This document shows positions 56,447 through 64,000 of a DNA stretch of 64,000 nucleotides, one piece after another. Numbering within the stretch: position 1 is the stretch's first letter; the number at the start of each line of letters is the position of its first letter. The notes beneath the pieces are model-generated. The model was not told where the DNA came from. It ran no database searches and was given only the letters and a program-made list of their open reading frames with translations. Origin of the DNA: a virus; the IMG/VR virus record IMGVR_UViG_3300045963_000101; one strand, given 5' to 3'. The translations under genes and the position numbers were made by a program.

Positions 56447-59400
56447 TCACTTGTAGAAGTCTGCGATGGAAAGCTCTTTTAGTACTACAGCTTGCTTACG
56501 TTTTAACACAACTTGATTATAGTATCGTTTTACAGCTTCTTTTGGAACCTTTAATTTTACGATACGATGGTTTGCCTGTAGATTTATTTCTAAGTCTGGT
56601 TTGGGCCACCAATGCTTGAAGTCCTTTTTAGTTGCAGTACCGCAGACTTCATCTGACCGGACACCTGCATCAGGCACCGGATGTGTGTTTGAGTTGGACC
56701 ATTTGCTTGGGTGATGGTAACAACCTTTGTTCATTTGTTCTTTTGTGTTACGTCTTTCAAGTCTGTAGACTATTGGCATATTACAGTCCTTTTAAGTTTT
56801 CCATAATTTTTTCTGCGTACCAATCCCAAATTATTTCAGGCTCCTGTACGAAGGGTGATGCAGAATACCTATAAGGATCTCCTTGGAAGGTCAAGCCATA
56901 GGATCGCCCCCCGAATGCATTATTGTAAGCAGTAATAAGAACGCACCGAGGATTGTCTCCCAATTCATTGTCAGAGTCACCATTATAGTATCCTTGATTC
57001 TTGATTAGGTTGTCTGCAAACTCTTTATCGACTGTTGCCATAATTGTTTACCTTTTTGCTTCCAATAAATTTATCGTTGATGTAGAACTTTTGTACACCT
57101 GTTTCAGGATCATACACAACACGCTTCATTCCAAGGAATTCTACGAGTGATGTACGCTTAACTCTGGCGATGAGTTCGTCGTAGATTTGTTTAGCTGTAC
57201 TCATATTTTCTCTACATTAAGTAGTTCCCCATTGTCATTGAAGGTATAGCACACATTAGGTTTTCCTTTACGATTAAGTTCTACAATGGAATCATCACCA
57301 CGATAGCTTACACGGCGATATTTGTAGATGACTTTAACAGCAATCCTGAACTTGTATTCTGGATTGGACAATCGATGAATGTCTTTGGCATCGTAGAAGT
57401 TTTCTACGTTAAACCAGAAGATATTATCCATAGACCATTGTACAGGCTCACCAAGAAGATACTTCTCGACGAGGTTTGGATGCATTGCATCATATTCGGT
57501 GTATTCAGGGATCATTTGCGCTCGGTCTCTGTTAAGGTTAGGTCACCATCAAGAAGTTTGATATACTCGCTAAATTCTACTTCACAGCTTTCTTGTAGCT
57601 CCTCATAGATATGTGTTGCAAGTTTACGCCAATAGCCGTGACCACCGATAGAGCCTATAGCAGCTGCGATAAGAATAGCTTCGTCATGGGTTATCTTGAT
57701 GGTATGAGAGTATTCTTTGACCGTATTAATGTGTTTCATTATATAAGAAAATAAATAAAGGATGTTGTAGGAGACACCGTTTGAAGGGTGTCATTACCAT
57801 GGGTATGTTAACGTCCTGCGAGAGCTTCTCGGATGTTATCTAGGGTATCTCGCAGGATTTTGTAATTGGCTCCTTCTTCTGTTTCATCTGTTATGAGTTT
57901 TGGGATGGTCATGTTCCATGAACACATATCTTTGAAGAGTTTGATTTCCTTTTCAGTCTGGAAAGTAATTTGTAGAGTTACTGGTTGGAAGTCTACATTT
58001 GTTGCTTTTACAATAGTTGTTTTCATATGATTAGTCTTGGTTAGAAATTGTTACGGAGATGTTGCAGTCAGGATCTTTCCACAGATACCATCGTTTGAAG
58101 TACTCTATGCTACCATGGGCTAAGCCACATGTATCATCTACTCTGAAGTAGCCATAAGCATTGAGCAGTGCATAGGATACTGCACCGGAGTCTGTTTCCA
58201 TTACTTCAATCCACTTCAGTAAAGGTGGTTCACCGGAGTTCCATTGTGGTTTATTTACTTTGTTATTTTTGATGAGGGTTGTTTTTGCGAATGCCATACG
58301 ATTATCCTATGAGAGTGATGGAGAGTTCTTTGTCGGGAATGATGTATTTGTAATTTTCTTTGAAAAATTCCTTAGATGAGTAGGTGACTTCTTTGCCGGA
58401 GTTCTCTACGTATACGACACCATAGGGACTTACTAGCGCATAACATTGTAGTTCGGAGTTGTCTTTACGACGTGCTATGTGCCAACCAAACTTTTTCGGA
58501 TACCATTGTTCAGCATCATGCCATACGGGTGAACCTTCAGGGTCAGGAATAAGAGCTTTCATTAGGAGTTTACCTTTCGAGTGAGTTCAGACATGAGAAG
58601 TAGGGCGAATACACGATGGTTTTTCTTTCTGGTACATGCTCCTTTAGAGTCGGAAGCAAGACTTCCGAACCAGTATGATATTCCAGTGTCTGGTTTGAAG
58701 TAGTCTGCAAACATACTTGTAGCATTAAGATATTTACTCATTTCAGGAATCACTTCATCAAGAGCGTAACATCCTGCATTATGCCACCATTTATCTGATA
58801 TGTCGAAATGGGTAACACTATTAAATACATTTTCAGCAGCTTTGAGGTAAGATTTAGTCAATGACACAATCATATACTCCTGTGTATTCAAGAACAATAC
58901 CATCAAACTCGTTGTTAGAGCAGAGGCTTTCGAGAAGCTCTACTGTTGGTGCAGTAGCATAGATGATGGTTTCACCGTTGACGTCTTTGGCAATGATATG
59001 ACCGCAACCTTGATCAGTCAAAGCAGTAGTTATTTGCTTGTTAGACATGTCATAGTCAGAACCCTTGATGGGTGTTAATAGAATGAATTTCATTACAGTT
59101 CTCCTACAGTTACAAAAGATTTAACAATACGAACATCATGGTATAGACTTTTAAGGCACTTTTCATCTATTTCATTTTGAACAAATGAGACGTTTATACA
59201 AGGTCCAGCAATCAGGGTGATACAGCGATTGTCATAGAATGATGCTGCAAAGTAGAGTTCTTGAACAGACACATGTGTACCTTCTTCAATAAGACGTGCC
59301 ATAGTAATGCTCCTTTTCTTCTGTACTGATTTTAACCATAAGATAGGTTATGATTGATGAGTAGATAACGATACACGCTACAGCCAGAGTCCAGTGTAGG

Positions 59401-59887
59401 ATACCCGCTTGGTGTCCTTCAATGATGTTTAACAGTGTCATGAATACCATTGTATTGATAAAGGTGATACATGAGAGTACCAGTGATAAGAGGTATGTCA
59501 TGATTAAAGATCCCTTGCAATTTGATCAGCCAACTGTTTGAATGACCAGCCATTATCATTGAGAGCTGGAATGAACATATCACTGGGACGCATTCCTTCT
59601 ATTGTTTCAAAATAGAGGTTTGGTGATCCAGCCACATCAACGAGACCAGCCCATACTAGGACGTCTAGTGGAGGCATTTCGTCGGACTCACCATTAAGGC
59701 TTTTGAATGATGGTCCACAGTGGAGTATAGGGTCTTCTATCCAACGTCCATGATCTGTTTCTTTTGCATACAGATCACATAGTACACCTAAACAGCAGAA
59801 ACCGTTATTGTTGAGATATTCACGGCCCTGTTTGTATTCGCCTGAGCGAAGAGCCTTGAGCCAGAGGCCTTTGATACGTTTGTCCAT
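56447..59887 (-). other. Early-region cluster of small hypothetical ORFs (56447-56779, 56781-57041, 57201-57515, 57512-57739, 57808-58026, 58031-58297, 58302-58562, 58562-58906, 58854-59093, 59093-59302, 59286-59501, 59504-59887)
   Basis: Contiguous co-oriented 60-130 aa ORFs with SD sequences; 59504-59887 has the common phage motif WLKALRSGEYKQG...CCLGVLCD. Confidence 0.7.
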
Positions 59888-59926
59888 GATAGGATGTCCT
59901 TTAGATTGTATTAGACAAGCTAATAC

Positions 59927-60043
59927 TTAGTAGATGATTACGATGAAGTCTTGTGCTGAATATCTGTTCAGATCACTGGGACCGGCATAGAGAGGGAGTT
60001 TGTCGATGATATCTCCGGAAGCACGAGAGATGATGTAGTACAT
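59927..60043 (-). CDS. Small hypothetical protein (38 aa)
   Basis: TAAGGA RBS; downstream of the class I repeat. Confidence 0.45.
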   Translation of the reverse strand: MYYIISRASGDIIDKLPLYAGPSDLNRYSAQDFIVIIY

Positions 60044-60101
60044 AGGATTTCCTTATGGAATGAGACGTTGATGAGATAACATGGAACTTACCCCATGTAA
60101 G

Positions 60102-60127
60102 GGTCTCTCTGTGAACCTGAGAAAGGT
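60102..60127 (-). promoter_or_regulatory. Class I 26-bp early repeat, copy 1 (putative hairpin promoter)
   Basis: GGTCTCTCTGTGAACCTGAGAAAGGT; 24/26 identical to 60495-60520; intergenic. Confidence 0.65.
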
Positions 60128-60194
60128 AGCATTGACAAGCTGATCACCCGCAACGACATCTGCCAAATATCGTCCTTCGCCGGAATCTCCGTGA

Positions 60195-60437
60195 TCAGTC
60201 TGGATAGTACAGTCCATCGTCGTAATCACTGCACATATCCTGCGCGATGATCTCTGCGCGTTCATCTATGCAGTCTTCCTTTGTGAGGAATGCTGGCGAG
60301 ATGTAGCAGTTGGTATCTCTATTGTAGACTACCCAAGGACGTCCTGCGAAAATATCCTGCGTGTGATACCATTCAAAGTTCTTCGCAATGACTTCTTCGC
60401 GGTGTACCACCACTAGGTGGGCATATGGTGAGTCCAT
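60195..60437 (-). CDS. Early hypothetical protein
   Basis: Start reassigned to ATG 60437 (CAGGAG RBS). Confidence 0.65.
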   Translation of the reverse strand: MDSPYAHLVVVHREEVIAKNFEWYHTQDIFAGRPWVVYNRDTNCYISPAFLTKEDCIDERAEIIAQDMCSDYDDGLYYPD

Positions 60438-60494
60438 GATGGATCTCCTGTGAAGGTTAATGGAATGTTCTGCACAGTACATACCCTGTGCTAT

Positions 60495-60520
60495 GGTCTC
60501 TCTGTAGACCTGAGAAAGGT
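60495..60520 (-). promoter_or_regulatory. Class I 26-bp early repeat, copy 2 (putative hairpin promoter)
   Basis: GGTCTCTCTGTAGACCTGAGAAAGGT; intergenic, upstream of the 60437 gene. Confidence 0.65.
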
Positions 60521-60532
60521 GTCTTGCAGAGC

Positions 60533-60916
60533 TTATCCCTTGCAGATGTCGTAGAACCACTTGTCAGGGCTGAAACCACCAGCTGCCATGAAGCAGACAA
60601 CAGTCTCTGAGTCCTTAGCTGCCTTGAGTGTAGCATACAACTCGTTAGCATACTGAGTGCTTGGCAAGCGATCGACCTTGCACACCCTTACATTACCGTC
60701 TTCTCCGATCACACGGATCTCACGCTTTGCAATGTCCTTCTGAACCAAGAGAATGGCTTGTGGCTCACTATACTTGGTTGCTGCCTGAGGAGCACGGCAA
60801 GAGAACACAACTTCTTTCTTATCAGTGAAGTTTTGTTCAGCTTGCTTGCCATTAGCTGCAGCAAGGATCTCACCCATTTGGGCGAACGAGAGAGTGTTAG
60901 CGATAGAACGTGCCAT
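60533..60916 (-). CDS. Early hypothetical protein
   Basis: TAGGAG RBS; 127 aa. Confidence 0.8.
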   Translation of the reverse strand: MARSIANTLSFAQMGEILAAANGKQAEQNFTDKKEVVFSCRAPQAATKYSEPQAILLVQKDIAKREIRVIGEDGNVRVCKVDRLPSTQYANELYATLKAAKDSETVVCFMAAGGFSPDKWFYDICKG

Positions 60917-61063
60917 GAGATTTCTCCTAGTTGGCGTTTAGTAGTAACGATACCAGCGTTAGAATGCAAAGACGCACTCTGATATGCCCAATCGAGCATA
61001 TCGGAATGTTGTCTCTTCAGGTCGTATTGGCAACATACTTGCGGTATGTCGCACAGACATTTA

Positions 61064-61297
61064 TCACAGAATGAACGTATCTTGGATACGGTTGTAATCA
61101 TTCCTAGACAGAATGCCAACACTGTAAGCCTTCCACAACAGATTGGCAGGTGATGGAGGAAGAGCACCGAGATTACCAGGATGCACCTCAGCCAACACCA
61201 AGTCAATCGCTGTTACAACGTCGTCCCAGCAGCGGTCTGTTGCTGCGGTAGAACGGCGAGCGTTGTAGTAGGCTTGAGCTGTCGTACGGAGAATCAT
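61064..61297 (-). CDS. First early gene (77 aa), hypothetical
   Basis: Start reassigned to ATG 61297 (TAGGA RBS); the upstream part of the track ORF is low-complexity antisense sequence. Confidence 0.6.
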   Translation of the reverse strand: MILRTTAQAYYNARRSTAATDRCWDDVVTAIDLVLAEVHPGNLGALPPSPANLLWKAYSVGILSRNDYNRIQDTFIL

Positions 61298-61528
61298 GAT
61301 GTATCCTAAAAGAACACAGCAAAGGTGCTGCCAGTACGACCCGAAGCGGGTGCCGCCCACCAACCAGCGAGCGCCCCAAGAAAGACAGGGGGCACCCAAA
61401 ACAAACAAGGCGAACCCAAATAACACAAAAGATTTTTCCACACACAAAGAGAAGGGCACCCCAAAGAAATTCTCCCAAAAATTCATTTTCAAAAATTATT
61501 ATCTATGAATTTTCAGGGTATACTGCCC

Positions 61529-61543
61529 AGCCGGTACCTACTA
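61529..61543 (+). promoter_or_regulatory. Putative late promoter, class II motif AGCCGGTACCTACTA
   Basis: Intergenic exact copy about 50 nt upstream of terL, at the head of the structural arm. Confidence 0.72.
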
Positions 61544-61595
61544 AGAAATAGATATTTCATTACGGTAGATTACTAACGTAACCTATAAGGACACA

Positions 61596-63248
61596 ATGGC
61601 AACAAAACCAACTAAGGGTGCTAATCTACAGAAGCTGGAAGCACTCAGAGAAATAAAGCGGCGAGAACGTCTCGAGGTCTACAAAACGGACTTCCAAACA
61701 TTCGCCAAGGAACAAATCAAGATACTCCCTAAGGACACTTCAAAAGGCTTTCTGCCATTCGAATTCAATGCAGCACAGGTCATTGCGAATGATGCCATAG
61801 AAAAGCAGCTTAATGAAACAGGAAAAGTAAGAGTAATCATTCTGAAGGCCCGTCAAATGGGTCTCTCAACATACACCACCGCAAGGGTCTTCTGGAAGAG
61901 TTATTTCAATGCACATAACAAGTCAGTGGTCATGGCTCATGATTCAGCTACATCGGACACTCTGTTCACGATGTCTCGAAATACTATTGACAATATGCCT
62001 GAGGATTATCGTCCCAAGTTTAAAAAATCTAATGCCAAAGAGATTCTCTTTGAGCACAACGATTCAGGATACCGGCTGTATACTGCGGGTGCGCCTGAAG
62101 CTGGACGCGGAACTACGCCTACGATTGCACACCTGTCTGAGGTTGCCTTCTGGACGCATGATGTTAAGATATTGGCCGGACTATTCCAAGGAATCTCCCA
62201 AGCTGACGGTACCGAGGTCATACTTGAGTCCACAGCTAATGGTATTGGTAACGAATTTCACCGCTTATGGCAGGGTGCTGTAGCAGGAGAGAATGAATAT
62301 CTGCCTATCTTTGTACCATGGTTTCTTATGCCGGAATACCAGAGAAAGGTTCCTGACGGGTTTGAACTAACCACAGAAGAAGAGATTATACTGAAGAAGT
62401 TTAATCTCAGCAATGAGCAGATGTACTGGAGGAGACTCAAGATAGCGGAGTCCGGAGCAGACAAATTCAAGCAAGAATACCCATCAAGTCCTGAGGAAGC
62501 TTTTATTGCTTCAGGATCTAACGTGTTTAACCTTGGTAAGCTCAACACTCTGATACCCCAACCAATACTGGCAAAGAGAGAGTTTAACTTTGAGAGTTGT
62601 CTCTTCGAGGATGCTCGTCAGGGTTCTATTGAGATATTTAAATATCCGACCTTTGATGATTCTTTTGCTATAGGAGCAGACGTTGCTCTTGGTGTCGGTA
62701 AGGATTCTTCAGCTGCAGTCGTAATGAATTCCAAGAGAGAAGTCTGTGCGGTATACCGTAATAACCTTATTGATCCTTCTCAGTTCGGAGATTTTTTGTT
62801 TTACCTTGGCAGGTACTACAACAATGCTCTTCTGGCTGTAGAGTCTAACAGTATGGGTATTGCTACTCTGAACAGACTTACACAAATGAAATATGTGAAT
62901 CTTTACTATCAAACAAAGATAGCTAATGTTTCAAAAGAAGACGGTATGAGGGTAGGTTGGAAGACCACTGCTCAGACCAAACCTGCAATCATTGGATTCC
63001 TTAAGAATGCCATTGAGCAAGATGACGTATGGATTCCTTCGATAGTTGTAATCAGGGAACTCATGAATTATGTTGCAGATGAGTCAGGTAAGACGAATGC
63101 TCAGTTTGGCTATAATGACGATACAGTCATTGCTCTTGCTATTGCACTCGAAGTGATCCGTACCCACGGTGATCGACTAACTAACACTAACGTACCCTTC
63201 TCGCAGAAGCAGGGTGGGTTTCAAACAGTTGAAACAAACTGGTTATAA
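61596..63248 (+). CDS. terL: Terminase large subunit
   Basis: ILKARQMGLST (Walker A), HLSEVAFW (Walker B), ESTANG, IGADVALG and DDTVIALAIA nuclease motifs. Confidence 0.96.
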   Translation: MATKPTKGANLQKLEALREIKRRERLEVYKTDFQTFAKEQIKILPKDTSKGFLPFEFNAAQVIANDAIEKQLNETGKVRVIILKARQMGLSTYTTARVFWKSYFNAHNKSVVMAHDSATSDTLFTMSRNTIDNMPEDYRPKFKKSNAKEILFEHNDSGYRLYTAGAPEAGRGTTPTIAHLSEVAFWTHDVKILAGLFQGISQADGTEVILESTANGIGNEFHRLWQGAVAGENEYLPIFVPWFLMPEYQRKVPDGFELTTEEEIILKKFNLSNEQMYWRRLKIAESGADKFKQEYPSSPEEAFIASGSNVFNLGKLNTLIPQPILAKREFNFESCLFEDARQGSIEIFKYPTFDDSFAIGADVALGVGKDSSAAVVMNSKREVCAVYRNNLIDPSQFGDFLFYLGRYYNNALLAVESNSMGIATLNRLTQMKYVNLYYQTKIANVSKEDGMRVGWKTTAQTKPAIIGFLKNAIEQDDVWIPSIVVIRELMNYVADESGKTNAQFGYNDDTVIALAIALEVIRTHGDRLTNTNVPFSQKQGGFQTVETNWL

Positions 63249-63258
63249 AAGAGGATAT

Positions 63259-63396
63259 ATGTCAGGCGTACAAAAACAAACTCCGGAACAGAATAAACAA
63301 CTGGCTTCTTTGATTAAGCCCAAACCACAAGGCAAGGTGTTGGACACTGCTAAGACTGCAAAGTCTGAACGTACACTTCCGGTGCGTGGTCGATAA
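63259..63396 (+). CDS. Small basic hypothetical protein (45 aa)
   Basis: GAGGA RBS, ATG 63259. Confidence 0.55.
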   Translation: MSGVQKQTPEQNKQLASLIKPKPQGKVLDTAKTAKSERTLPVRGR

Positions 63397-63530
63397 AACT
63401 AAAATCAAATAATCTTCGATAGGCTCAAACCCTGTCTAAAGGAAGATTACTCCCCTAATACACCTACCGACGTGGTATTATTGAGGAGTGTAATTTTGCA
63501 CTTCATGGTCATAATTACAAAGGAAATTAT

Positions 63531-64000
63531 ATGACAGAAGCTATTATCGGTACACCTTCAGTGGTGGGTTTTGCTCAACATACAAACGGAAATCATGGAA
63601 TGTTCGAAGCACAAGATCGACTTGCCATGACTATTGAAGCCAATGAACGTACTCGTGATGTTCTGAGTGGTCAACGTTTTGAGTCAAAATATTTAAGTGA
63701 TGCTATTAACGCTAACGGTATTGCGATCGAAAAGATTGCAGCCGCAAGTGAACTCGCAACAGAAAAGACTGCTGCAGCCAGTCAACTCGCTATTGAGAAG
63801 ACTGCAGCTGCTATGCAGTTGGCTATCGAAAAGACAGCCGCAGCGCAACAACTCTCCACAGAGAAGGTTGCCGCAGCACAACAGTTGACGTCTGAAAAGA
63901 TTGGTGCAGCTCAGATTCTTGCCACAGAGAAAACCTCTGCAGCCGGTGTCTTGTTGGCTACTCAAAATCAGGCAGCTGCTTTGGCTCAAGCTGCAGAATG
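63531..64000 (+). CDS. 11-aa-repeat coiled-coil protein, 3'-truncated, not in ORF track
   Basis: AAGGA RBS; open to the window end; seven LAxEKTAAAxQ units. Confidence 0.8.
   Translation, partial: MTEAIIGTPSVVGFAQHTNGNHGMFEAQDRLAMTIEANERTRDVLSGQRFESKYLSDAINANGIAIEKIAAASELATEKTAAASQLAIEKTAAAMQLAIEKTAAAQQLSTEKVAAAQQLTSEKIGAAQILATEKTSAAGVLLATQNQAAALAQAAE

Noticed and set aside
61298-61492. Hydrophobic N-terminal extension of track ORF 61064-61492, and 61203-61478
   Set aside because: Artefact of the T/G-rich complement of the A/C-rich tract; the RBS supports ATG 61297.
62338-62350. ACCAGAGAAAGGT, a partial match to the class I repeat inside terL
   Set aside because: Stem broken, GGTCTCTC part missing and within coding sequence; likely chance.
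63720-63950. 33-bp periodic repeats as a possible CRISPR array
   Set aside because: Units are contiguous, synonymous-variable and in frame (protein repeat), with no unique spacers and no cas genes.
63693-63989. Cys-rich minus-strand ORF and 63697-63888(+) in the track
   Set aside because: Shadow frames of the real repeat gene starting at 63531, which has an RBS.
1-64000. tRNA genes, integrase/repressor, DGR reverse transcriptase, stop-codon recoding
   Set aside because: No cloverleaf/T-loop signature in the gaps examined, no recombinase or RT motifs, and TAA, TAG and TGA all end well-supported genes.

Overview
A large, possibly near-complete, stretch of a lytic tailed dsDNA phage genome (podovirus-type). 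It opens inside the portal gene and ends just after terL. No integrase, repressor, tRNA or CRISPR array was seen. There are two convergent arms. The + arm (61596-64000, then 1-32374) carries terL, portal, scaffold, an SU10/phiEco32-type major capsid protein, adaptor, tail fibres, a lysis cassette, nozzle and ejection proteins. The - arm (about 61300 down to 32420) carries small early genes, SSB, nucleotide-metabolism genes, RNA and DNA ligases, PolA, exonuclease, primase-helicase, a T7-like RNA polymerase, class II RNR, thioredoxin and Dps. The arms meet at a bidirectional terminator near 32400. Main result: the last, unannotated-looking 1205-aa structural ORF (28757-32374) has all catalytic motifs of a single-subunit RNA polymerase in N4-virion-RNAP-like form, so the phage appears to encode two such polymerases (one probably virion-packaged, one 737-aa T7-like). 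I also found two classes of repeated, strand-oriented promoter-like motifs: a 26-bp early repeat with a template-strand hairpin (2 copies) and AGCYGGWACCTANTA (5 exact copies). Together these suggest an N4-like transcription programme on a Kuravirus-like virion with a stand-alone mini-vRNAP. Family names come from motif recognition by eye; no database searches were run.
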